Source of the DNA: Candidatus Promineifilaceae bacterium
GTDB lineage: Bacteria > Chloroflexota > Anaerolineae > Promineifilales > Promineifilaceae
Length of the DNA stretch: 64,000 nt
Direction: 5' to 3'
Assembly (NCBI GenBank): GCA_965223555.1
Contig: CBDCWU010000009.1
Coordinates: 375,619-439,618, forward strand
The position numbers were made by a program, and so were the translations under genes. Each line of letters opens with the position of its first letter. The first letter of the stretch is position 1. Below are positions 42,359 to 50,725 of the stretch, piece by piece. The notes beneath the pieces were generated by a model. It did no database searches. It was not told the DNA's origin and was given only the letters and a program-made list of their open reading frames with translations.

Positions 42359-44086
42359 ATGAACAGAAGGGATCTCGTTAAGTTAATAGCCCGTGATTTT
42401 GCGGATCAAGAGGAGTTTACCGATCTGCTCTTTGAGCTTGATTTAGAATACGGCAACATAAAAGGCAGCACGATTTCGGCCAAGTCACGTGAATTAGTGA
42501 CTTACAAGGAACGCCGTGGTGAAGTGGAAGAGTTATTAACAGCAATCGTCGCGATGCGACCAAATTTACAGGAACAGTTGGAAGCATATGATGGTGTGCG
42601 GCCTGGCATGGATATTGGCAAGAACAAAGGTCAAGGCTCATCCAGGCGGGGAGGGCAATCTCATCCAGGAATGGGTGATGATACGACTGATGAGCAGCAA
42701 GGTTTAGCATACGAGAATTTTGATATACGGATTCTGACGGCGGATTCAGATGGCAGTTATCGCATTCAAGTAAATCGTAATCCCGAAAATATGGAGATGT
42801 ACGATGATGTACGGCAGAAGTTTCCCCTGGATGATTATGATTTTGTTGATTTGGTAGATTACTTGTCTGATTTGATTGCCCAAGGGAATGATGCCAAACA
42901 GTTGGGGAAAATGATGCGCGACTTGCTCTTTCCGGGGCGTATTGGCGAGATATTTTTTGCCAATATGGGCAGTATGCGGCGGCAGGGGAAGGGGTTGCGC
43001 ATTCGTTTGCGCATTGATGCGCCGGAATTGAGCAAACTACCTTGGGAATATTGTTATGGCGGGGATGAGTTTGGCTTTTTTGCTCTGGACCCGCGTACGC
43101 CGCTGGTGCGCTATATTGCACGGCCGTTTGAGACTTCAACACTAGCTGTACCCAACCCCATGAAAGTGCTGCTGGCGATTGCGGCACCCTCAGACCAAGC
43201 ACCTTTGAGTGTGGATGAGGAAGAGCGGCGGGTGCGCAGTTGGCTCAGCGTGATGGGGGATCGGGTACAGTTGCGAGTAGTGCGCAATGCCACCCCGCAG
43301 CGTCTACAGGCAGCCTTGACGGATTCACCCCACATTTTCCACTTTATTGGGCATGGTGAATTTGTAGATGGGATGGGCAAATTGGTGCTGGAGGATAATT
43401 TTGGTAAATCTGAATATCGTGATTCGGAGCAGTTGAAGGTGATGCTGCGTGGGCGTGATGTGAAGGTAGTGATTCTGAATGCTTGTAAGTCGGCGGCGGG
43501 CAATGCCCACGCCGCTTTTGCGGGGGTGGCTCCAGCCTTGGTGCAGGCAGATGTGCCGGCGGTGATTGCCATGCAGTTTAATGTGCCGGACAAGACAGCC
43601 TTGGGCTTTACGCAGGATTTGTATCGCTATTTGATGGCGGGTTATCCTCTGGATCAGGCGGTGACGGAGATGCGGGCGGGGGCGTTTAATAATGCCAATG
43701 ATAAGTATTTCTGGGGTATCCCGGCCTTGTATATGCGCTCACCAGACGGCCGTTTGTGGGAGCCTGAGGCTGAATTATTGGCTAAGTTTGAGGAGGCGCG
43801 GGAAACGGCCGTTGACCAAGCTGGTGCCACGATTCCTGAGTTATTGCAGCAAATTAAAGATGAGGTGCAGAGCGCGGGTGATGTTGATGATCGAGATCGA
43901 GAGTACATTCTGCGCGGTTTAGATGATGGTTTGAGAGCGGCCAATGAAGGAGACGGCCGAGATGTGGCCTATTATCTTAACCGTGTTATTGATGATCTGA
44001 AGCGTTCTCGTTCGGATACGGCCGAGAAAGAGATTGTGCCGAAGGTGGAATTTGTGATACAGCGGGCAGAGAACGAGATGGGTTAA
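42359..44086 (+). CDS. CHAT-domain caspase-like peptidase with N-terminal effector-associated adaptor domain
   Basis: Catalytic His (IFHFIGHGEF) and Cys (VVILNACKSAAG) of the caspase-haemoglobinase fold, preceded by the LPWEYCYG helical region. N-terminal 65 aa align with the NACHT N-terminus (IAR.F.DQEE...L..L...G...K.R.L.T...RR...EL). Confidence 0.85.
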   Translation: MNRRDLVKLIARDFADQEEFTDLLFELDLEYGNIKGSTISAKSRELVTYKERRGEVEELLTAIVAMRPNLQEQLEAYDGVRPGMDIGKNKGQGSSRRGGQSHPGMGDDTTDEQQGLAYENFDIRILTADSDGSYRIQVNRNPENMEMYDDVRQKFPLDDYDFVDLVDYLSDLIAQGNDAKQLGKMMRDLLFPGRIGEIFFANMGSMRRQGKGLRIRLRIDAPELSKLPWEYCYGGDEFGFFALDPRTPLVRYIARPFETSTLAVPNPMKVLLAIAAPSDQAPLSVDEEERRVRSWLSVMGDRVQLRVVRNATPQRLQAALTDSPHIFHFIGHGEFVDGMGKLVLEDNFGKSEYRDSEQLKVMLRGRDVKVVILNACKSAAGNAHAAFAGVAPALVQADVPAVIAMQFNVPDKTALGFTQDLYRYLMAGYPLDQAVTEMRAGAFNNANDKYFWGIPALYMRSPDGRLWEPEAELLAKFEEARETAVDQAGATIPELLQQIKDEVQSAGDVDDRDREYILRGLDDGLRAANEGDGRDVAYYLNRVIDDLKRSRSDTAEKEIVPKVEFVIQRAENEMG

Positions 44087-44238
44087 CAGTAAACGGTAAC
44101 CCATAAGGCGGCAAAGCCGCAAAATTTTTCCACAAAGGGTACAAAGGACACAAAATTTATCTATACTTGGTGTTATTCGTGACCTTCGTGGAGGACAATT
44201 TACGCTTATGGTGCACATTTCGCGCTTGTACGAAGTAA

Positions 44239-44275
44239 CCGGATTACGGTTTACCGATTACTGATTACGGAACAT
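44239..44275. repeat. Copy of ccggattacggtt.accgatta repeat element between CHAT and nuclease genes
   Basis: cggattacggtttaccgattactgattacgg compared with 18395-18425. Confidence 0.4.
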
Positions 44276-45074
44276 GCCAGATACGCTCACCCTTAGTCGC
44301 ACGAAGTTTTCTGCTTTTTTGGCTTGCCAGCGGCGCTTTGAATTGCGCTATTTGCGGCAATTGTCCTGGCCAGATGTGCCTTTGTCGGAGCAGTCGGCCT
44401 TGGTGCAGAAACGGGGGCAACAGTTTCATCAGTTGTTGGAAAGACATTTCCTAGGGCTGTCAATAGAGTTGAATGGCATTAGCGACAGTGTGGTGCGCCG
44501 ATGGTGGCTGGCATTTCAGGGCAGTAATCCAGTCTCCAGTCTCCAATCTCCAGCCTCTAGCTGGCAACGATTACCAGAACTGTCGCTCACTATTCCGGTG
44601 GGAGGTTATTTGCTGAACGGCCGTTTCGACCTCCTCGTTATAGCTGACCAACAAGCCCACATCTTTGACTGGAAAACGGGCAAACCCCAACCGGAGCGGC
44701 GTTTGCGCCATGATTGGCAAACACGCCTTTATTTGGCAATGGTAGCCGAGAGCAGCACGGCATTGGGGGCAGATTTTGCGCCGGAGCAGATTACCCTCAC
44801 CTACTGGTATGTGTCCGAACCAGATGCGCCGCGCACAATCCAGTATGATGCGGCCTGGCATAGGCAAAATTGGGCCGAGATTGAGCAGTTGGTGACACAA
44901 ATTGAGGTCGCCACAGCTGAGGGGATGTGGCCGTTAACGGATGATTGGGAGCAATGCCGTCCGTGTGCCTATCGGGCCCATTGTGGGCGACAAGAGGTTG
45001 AAACGGCCGAATCCGCTCCCGATGAAGATGCAGAAGAAGTTGTGAGTTTGCAATTGGAACCAAATATCCCATAA
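44274..45074 (+). CDS. PD-(D/E)XK nuclease with Cas4/AddB-like Fe-S cysteine cluster
   Basis: Motifs GRFDLLV ... IFDWKTGK (D ... D/ExK). One N-terminal Cys plus C-terminal C-X2-C-X5-C (CRPCAYRAHC). Confidence 0.6.
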   Translation: MPDTLTLSRTKFSAFLACQRRFELRYLRQLSWPDVPLSEQSALVQKRGQQFHQLLERHFLGLSIELNGISDSVVRRWWLAFQGSNPVSSLQSPASSWQRLPELSLTIPVGGYLLNGRFDLLVIADQQAHIFDWKTGKPQPERRLRHDWQTRLYLAMVAESSTALGADFAPEQITLTYWYVSEPDAPRTIQYDAAWHRQNWAEIEQLVTQIEVATAEGMWPLTDDWEQCRPCAYRAHCGRQEVETAESAPDEDAEEVVSLQLEPNIP

Positions 45075-45103
45075 TAAGACAGCGGATTTACGGAATGGTT
45101 TTT

Positions 45104-45142
45104 GACACGGATAGGGAAGAGGCCTTATCCGTGTTTGTTTTT
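45104..45142 (+). terminator. Rho-independent terminator closing the CHAT-nuclease unit
   Basis: acacggata-loop-tatccgtgt followed by TTGTTTTTT. Confidence 0.7.
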
Positions 45143-45147
45143 TATCT

Positions 45148-46320
45148 ATGACTTTAGATGAGTTTTATTTTTTGTTGACGGCTGAAGGGCAGCAGCTTTT
45201 GGGCCAGGTTCCCTTAATTACGCCGGAAACGCATTTGGCAACGGCGGTCCAGTTACGACGCCAGGTGGGCCAGGGGTTGGCGCAGGCAGTACTGGAAACA
45301 GCCTTATTGCGGCAGGAAGCGGCCGTTAAGTTTAGCCGAGCGTCTGATATGTACTTCAGTCGGGAAGCTTTGGAACAATCCTCATCGGAGGTGGTAGCTA
45401 GGTATCGGGCAGAGCGTTTTTTTCGGGCTGGGATTGAGCGCGTGGCAGATTTGGGCTGCGGCATTGGCGGTGACTCGTTGGCATTGGCGGCAGGGATGGA
45501 AGTGATGGGGGTGGAGTGGCAGCCAGTACGGTTGGCCATGGCCCAAGAGAATGTGCGGGTGTATGGTCATGGGGCTAATTTTCGGCCGTTGCAGGCAGAT
45601 TTACTGGAATTAACGCCGCTGCCTGTGCAGGCCGCTTTTTTTGATCCAGCGCGGCGGGATGAAAACGGCCGTCGTCTCACTTCTGTTCATCAATATCGGC
45701 CCCCACTTAGTTTGATTGACAAGTGGCGGGTGTGGATTGGGGAAACGGCCGTGAAAATCAGCCCCGGCGTGGCCTATGACGAATTGCCAGAAGATGCTGA
45801 GATAGAGTTCATTTCTGTAAATGGTGATGTAAAAGAAGGCGTATTGTGGTTTGGCGATTTGCGCTCCGGTGTTAGGCGACGGGCGACATTATTGCCCTCA
45901 GGTGAGACGTTGACAGACAGGGAGATGCCGATGACACCCATTGCTGTGACTAAACCACAGGCCTACCTGTATGAGCCAGACAAGGCGGTAATTCGGGCAC
46001 ATCTGGTGCAAGCATTGGCACAGCAGTTGGGGGCAACTAAACTGGATGAGGAGATCGCCTATTTAACGGCCGATTCAGTCCAACCAACTCCTTTTGCTCG
46101 CTGTTTTGTCATTGAGGATTGGTTTCCCTTCCAACTTAAACGGCTGCGGCACTATTTACGGGAGCGTGATATAGGACGTGTGGTCATCAAAAAGCGCGGT
46201 TCGCCCTTGCAGCCAGAAACATTGCAACGCCAATTACGCTTACAAGGCGATAATGAATGTATTATCTTTTTGACACATGTGGGGGGAGAAGCGGCCGTTT
46301 TAATTGGGCAACGCCCTTAG
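45148..46320 (+). CDS. Class I SAM-dependent methyltransferase (putative RNA methyltransferase with N-terminal extension)
   Basis: Motif I VADLGCGIGGDSLALA. 390 aa. Confidence 0.5.
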   Translation: MTLDEFYFLLTAEGQQLLGQVPLITPETHLATAVQLRRQVGQGLAQAVLETALLRQEAAVKFSRASDMYFSREALEQSSSEVVARYRAERFFRAGIERVADLGCGIGGDSLALAAGMEVMGVEWQPVRLAMAQENVRVYGHGANFRPLQADLLELTPLPVQAAFFDPARRDENGRRLTSVHQYRPPLSLIDKWRVWIGETAVKISPGVAYDELPEDAEIEFISVNGDVKEGVLWFGDLRSGVRRRATLLPSGETLTDREMPMTPIAVTKPQAYLYEPDKAVIRAHLVQALAQQLGATKLDEEIAYLTADSVQPTPFARCFVIEDWFPFQLKRLRHYLRERDIGRVVIKKRGSPLQPETLQRQLRLQGDNECIIFLTHVGGEAAVLIGQRP

Positions 46321-46700
46321 CTAACTGAATTGTTCGTATACTGCTTGATAACTTCGCGCAATTTGCGAATATCTAATGGCTTGGGTAGATAATCATCACA
46401 ACCAGCTTCAAGGCAGCGTTCCCGGTCACCAACCAACACTTGGGCTGTCGTAGCAATAAGCGGTACCGGGGCCAATCGTTCATCAGCCTTAAAGCAACGG
46501 GCTAACTCTAAACCATCAATTCCTGGCAGGTTAATATCTAGCAAAATAATGTCAGGTACTATATGCTCTAAAATATCAAGGGCCGTAGGACCATCTTCTG
46601 CTTTGATTACTTCATGTCCCGCTGCTTCCACAACACGACTAACTAAAATCATATTGGCCGGATTATCTTCAATGCATAGTACAATCATCTGTTTGAGCAT
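46317..46700 (-). CDS. Single-domain response regulator
   Basis: Receiver fold (ILLDINLPGIDG). 127 aa. Confidence 0.75.
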   Translation of the reverse strand: MLKQMIVLCIEDNPANMILVSRVVEAAGHEVIKAEDGPTALDILEHIVPDIILLDINLPGIDGLELARCFKADERLAPVPLIATTAQVLVGDRERCLEAGCDDYLPKPLDIRKLREVIKQYTNNSVS

Positions 46701-46997
46701 ATTTTTTTCCTGAAAAGGATTCCAAGTCTATTCTAACAGTGATTTTCCATTTTGGGTAAAAATTCACTCTGGTTTTCCGCACTCAAATGATTGTATTACT
46801 GAAGGCTGTTGACAGTAAAAAATGTCATGGCTCTGTAGGTGTTGATGACTTGGGCAAACATGGCAGAGCAAACCAAAAAAGTACCCGCAATCGTTACAGC
46901 CAAAACAAAGCCTGTAGGAGCCAGCATAGCCAACATCCCCACCTTGGTAGAGAATAGGCTGGTATACAAAAATTATTATGGCGATTTGTAACTGCTA

Positions 46998-47067
46998 AGT
47001 CCCTCTGGAGATTGGGCCAATTTGTACCCATCATTGCCCCTATTTCCAGAGAAATTGGCCCAATCTG
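46998..47067 (-). other. Interleaved inverted repeat downstream of gatB (ctctgga/tccagag and attgggccaattt/aaattggcccaat)
   Basis: 13-bp perfect arm pair plus a 7-bp pair in A-B-A'-B' order. Probably a gatB 3' structure or terminator. Confidence 0.4.
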
Positions 47068-47086
47068 ACTAAGTAGCAACGGCGAT

Positions 47087-48532
47087 TTATCGCTTTTCTG
47101 ACAGCTGTTGGCTTAGAAGTTGATTTACTAAAGCTGGATTGCCCTTACCGCGTGTGGCTTTCATCACTTGCCCCACAAACCAGCCACGCAATTTTGTCTT
47201 GCCGCCTAAATATTCTGCCACCATCTCTGGGTTGTCATGCAACACTTGGGCCACAATCTCGGCAATGGCTGCTTCATCTGAAATTTGGGCCAATCCTTTG
47301 GCTTTTACAATAGCCTGCGCCGACTGTCCTGTTGTGAACATCTCCGCCAGCACATCTTTAGCAGTGTTGTTGTTGATGGTCTGTTTATTTATTAACCCAA
47401 TCAGCTCCACCAAAGCGGCTGGGGTCACTTGAATCTCGTTAATGGTCTGTTTGTGTTCGTTCATGAGGCTGAACAGGTTGTTGATCATCCAGTTGGCCAC
47501 GGATTTGGGCTCACTGCTAGAGGCAACGGCCGTTTCAAACCATACCGCTACCTCCCTTTCCTCTGTCAGCACGCCTGCATCATAGGCTGACAAACCATAC
47601 TCCGCCTGATATCGGGCCAACTTGGCCTGCGGCAGTTCTGGCAGCGTGGCCCGCACCTCGGCCACCCAATCGTCCGAAATCTGTAGGGGCGGCAAATCTG
47701 GCTCAGGGAAGTAGCGATAATCTTCCGCCTCCTCCTTGCTGCGTTGGCTAAAGGTCTCGCGCCGCCCTTCCTGCCAACCCCGCGTCTCTTGCAGCACTGT
47801 ACCACCGGATTGGAGAACGGCCGTTTGCCGTTCAATCTCATAGGCCGTGCCATCAGCCAACACGCGGAAACTGTTTAAGTTCTTCAGCTCTGTGCGTTTG
47901 CCAAATTCACTGCTGCCCACTGGCCGAATGCTGATATTTGGCTCCACCCGCAGCACCCCCTTCTCCATATCGCCCGAATTTACTCCCAGATAGCGCAAAA
48001 TCTGCCGAATCTTGGTGGCATAAGCCCGCGCCTCCTCGCCCGAGCCAATATCAGGCTCGGACACAATTTCCAATAGCGGCACACCCGAACGATTGTAATC
48101 CACCAGTGAACCACCCTCATCCAAATGGGTTAGTTTGCCCGTATCCTCCTCCATATGCACCCGCCGCACGCCAATGCGCTTCGTTTCACCTGACTCTAAT
48201 TCAATGTCCAACCAGCCGTTTACCCCTAAGGGCAGTTCGTACTGGCTAATCTGGTAGGCCTTGGGCAAGTCGGGGTAAAAGTAATTTTTGCGGGCAAAAA
48301 TATTGTGGGCCTGGATAGTACAGTTCAGTGCCAGAGCCACCCGCATAGCAAATTCGATGGCGCGGCGGTTGATGACCGGCAGCATACCGGGCATACCGAG
48401 GCAAATGGGGCAAACGGCCGTGTTGGCTCCCGCCTCCACACTATCCACCACCCGACAGCCACAAAACATCTTGGAGTCCGTCATCAACTCCGCATGTATT
48501 TCCAACCCAATCACTGCTTCATAATTCGTCAT
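47087..48532 (-). CDS. gatB: Asp-tRNA(Asn)/Glu-tRNA(Gln) amidotransferase subunit B
   Basis: N-terminus [26 protein letters not shown] and C-terminal GatB/YqeY domain. 481 aa. Confidence 0.95.
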   Translation of the reverse strand: MTNYEAVIGLEIHAELMTDSKMFCGCRVVDSVEAGANTAVCPICLGMPGMLPVINRRAIEFAMRVALALNCTIQAHNIFARKNYFYPDLPKAYQISQYELPLGVNGWLDIELESGETKRIGVRRVHMEEDTGKLTHLDEGGSLVDYNRSGVPLLEIVSEPDIGSGEEARAYATKIRQILRYLGVNSGDMEKGVLRVEPNISIRPVGSSEFGKRTELKNLNSFRVLADGTAYEIERQTAVLQSGGTVLQETRGWQEGRRETFSQRSKEEAEDYRYFPEPDLPPLQISDDWVAEVRATLPELPQAKLARYQAEYGLSAYDAGVLTEEREVAVWFETAVASSSEPKSVANWMINNLFSLMNEHKQTINEIQVTPAALVELIGLINKQTINNNTAKDVLAEMFTTGQSAQAIVKAKGLAQISDEAAIAEIVAQVLHDNPEMVAEYLGGKTKLRGWFVGQVMKATRGKGNPALVNQLLSQQLSEKR

Positions 48533-48535
48533 AAC

Positions 48536-48919
48536 TTAATCCACAAAAGTAAGGCTCAAATCCTGCAAATTAATAACCGCACCAGCTTGGCGCAAAAAAT
48601 CCATTCCCAGAATGCCATTAATTTCAAATCCATAATCCATCCCACCCACCTCAATTTCCAAATTTGGCACTTGCTGTTTACCGATTTGGACGTAATCTAC
48701 ACGCCTTGTGAAAACAACTTCTGTGCCACCTACACCGCGAATGGTGTGTAATGTGTCATTGGGTTCAGGGGTGATGTGAACGGCCGTTAACCGATCCGCC
48801 GCCAAAATTGTCGTCGCCGAACCCGTATCAATCAACACATTATCAACCGTGGCTGTTATACCACGGTAAGCAATCGTAATCTGGCTAAAAGGTAAATTAT
48901 CAACCAACCTGAGCTTCAT
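48536..48919 (-). CDS. Retropepsin-like (clan AA) aspartic peptidase domain protein
   Basis: DTGS active-site motif (LIDTGSATTILA). 127 aa. Confidence 0.55.
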   Translation of the reverse strand: MKLRLVDNLPFSQITIAYRGITATVDNVLIDTGSATTILAADRLTAVHITPEPNDTLHTIRGVGGTEVVFTRRVDYVQIGKQQVPNLEIEVGGMDYGFEINGILGMDFLRQAGAVINLQDLSLTFVD

Positions 48920-49178
48920 GGCTTCTGCGAACTCCTAACCAGTAGCGCACCTCAATATCCAGTTCTTCCCGACTTGTATGCACAAAATAAAACTCCCGAT
49001 CAGGATACTGCTGGTGCCAACGACGATAGCTCTGCATAGCACTGCCACCATCATCACATTGCTCAATCACCGCCAATCGCACTACTTCTCGATGGTTATC
49101 AGGCCGTGTATATGCTTCCAATGCTTCCACCACCAACCACTGTTCAGGATAAACCTGTCGTATTTCAGTCCAAATCAT
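48900..49178 (-). CDS. Hypothetical small protein co-transcribed with the aspartic peptidase gene
   Basis: ORF with probable start at MIWTEIRQ..., overlapping the peptidase gene by 20 nt. Confidence 0.35.
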   Translation of the reverse strand: MIWTEIRQVYPEQWLVVEALEAYTRPDNHREVVRLAVIEQCDDGGSAMQSYRRWHQQYPDREFYFVHTSREELDIEVRYWLGVRRSHEAQVG

Positions 49179-49184
49179 AGTCAG

Positions 49185-49290
49185 CCTCCACACTATCCAC
49201 CACCATACAGCCACAAAACATCTTCGAGTCCGTCATCAACTCCGTACACATCTCTAATCCAATCACTGCTTCATGATTCGTCATCCACAT
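49185..49290 (-). pseudogene. Diverged duplicate of the gatB 5' end (first ~35 codons, ~90% nt identity to 48432-48532)
   Basis: Encodes [34 protein letters not shown], compared with [34 protein letters not shown] for genuine GatB. Homology ends at gcctccacac on both copies. Confidence 0.8.
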
Positions 49291-50597
49291 CTTTCCAAAA
49301 TAAGAATATGTTCTTCTACATTCATCTTCGTTACTGTAGACAAGCGCGTACGCCACAACAAGGTTTCCACTTCTCGATAGTTCAATTTTTGGCAAGCAAT
49401 TAAGCTGAGAAGTTTAGCTGTATAAATTGGCACACGAAAATAACTCATCTGATCGCCAACAACAAAAGCCAATTGAGCCCCGACAGACGTAACTTGTTGC
49501 AATTGTTCCAAAACTCGAAACATGCCACCAAAATATTCTGTGACTACTCGATGATACAGGCGTTCAAAGCCAGATGTCGCTCCCCGTTCAATTCGTTTCC
49601 GTTCAATCTCCTGAGACAGTTTCTGAATTTCTGGCATATCGGCTACGTATTGGGCATCATCATCAGCAACATACACATTACGTGTATGAGAACGCAACAT
49701 CTCCTTTTTGATGGTACGTAAATCCCCTTTACTTTGCATAAAATCTAGCAAAAGCAATTCTAATCGTGTGATGCGCGAATAATCTTTCTCATTAGGGTAT
49801 GGGGGTGAGCAGATGATGAAATCTATGTTCGTATCCATAAACGCTGTCAACTTTCGTGCATCCCCTAAATAAACAATTGATTCGCCAAGCTGTTCAATCT
49901 GCTGCACTTTCACCAAATCAATCCGCATTCGGCGCAATTTATCTACAAATAAATTATAAACATCTGCATCTTTGCGCTTTTTAGACACATACACTTCTGG
50001 CCCAAACCCTAAATTAGAAGCCGCTACAAATACGTTGGCTAAAGCCAGTTGAAACAACTCTGTTAAACTATCCTCCGGTTCGTCAATTAGCAATTGTTTG
50101 ATGATTAAACATTTCTGCAAAGGGTTAGGGCTAATCCAGTTCTTGGGTAATAAGCCCCGGATAATTTCCCCATCCACTTCCATTTCTGTCTCAGCAAGCA
50201 AGCCGCCAGGTGGCAATAAATCATCGAAGGAAAGTTGTGTTGCATATTGTTTGCCCACTGCATGAATTGGTTGCCAGATTCTCTGGCATAGAGATTGAAA
50301 TCGATTATCAAATTCTGTTAAATCAATGTCCCAATTTGTTTTCACCCGACTAGCAAAAGCGGTGACTGGATTCGCATCAATGCCGATAGAATTGATCCCT
50401 CGTCGCTTACATTCCACCAAAGTTGTTCCTGTTCCCACAAATGGGTCTAGCACTACATGATTGTGCCCAATCCCAAATTTTTCGATGAGACCAGATACGA
50501 GATGATCGGGATAAGACAAAACGAAACGATACCAATCATGAATAGTTGTATCGTCTAATTGTTGCGCCGTGTGATTCGGCCGTTGTAAATCACTCAT
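49281..50597 (-). CDS. DNA methyltransferase, N6-adenine/N4-cytosine type (SPPY motif IV, alpha-class order)
   Basis: Motif I DPFVGTGTT near the N-terminus. Motif IV FIICSPPYPNE about 200 aa downstream. Confidence 0.75.
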   Translation of the reverse strand: MSDLQRPNHTAQQLDDTTIHDWYRFVLSYPDHLVSGLIEKFGIGHNHVVLDPFVGTGTTLVECKRRGINSIGIDANPVTAFASRVKTNWDIDLTEFDNRFQSLCQRIWQPIHAVGKQYATQLSFDDLLPPGGLLAETEMEVDGEIIRGLLPKNWISPNPLQKCLIIKQLLIDEPEDSLTELFQLALANVFVAASNLGFGPEVYVSKKRKDADVYNLFVDKLRRMRIDLVKVQQIEQLGESIVYLGDARKLTAFMDTNIDFIICSPPYPNEKDYSRITRLELLLLDFMQSKGDLRTIKKEMLRSHTRNVYVADDDAQYVADMPEIQKLSQEIERKRIERGATSGFERLYHRVVTEYFGGMFRVLEQLQQVTSVGAQLAFVVGDQMSYFRVPIYTAKLLSLIACQKLNYREVETLLWRTRLSTVTKMNVEEHILILERCG

Positions 50598-50725
50598 AGT
50601 TCTCGCACCAATAAGTACCGTTTATACCGTTTCGTAGCAATTTGGTCGGGATCAGTAACTGCCGTAAACTCTAAAAACAAATACGAGCCATCCGGCATTA
50701 GTTTGACCCCAATCGGTCGTATCAC

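Noticed and set aside
49165-49395. 76-aa ORF spanning the truncated gatB copy treated as a real small gene
   Set aside because: Its conserved part is just the duplicated GatB N-terminus. The upstream 40 codons are out-of-context sequence; it is better interpreted as a gene fragment or pseudogene.
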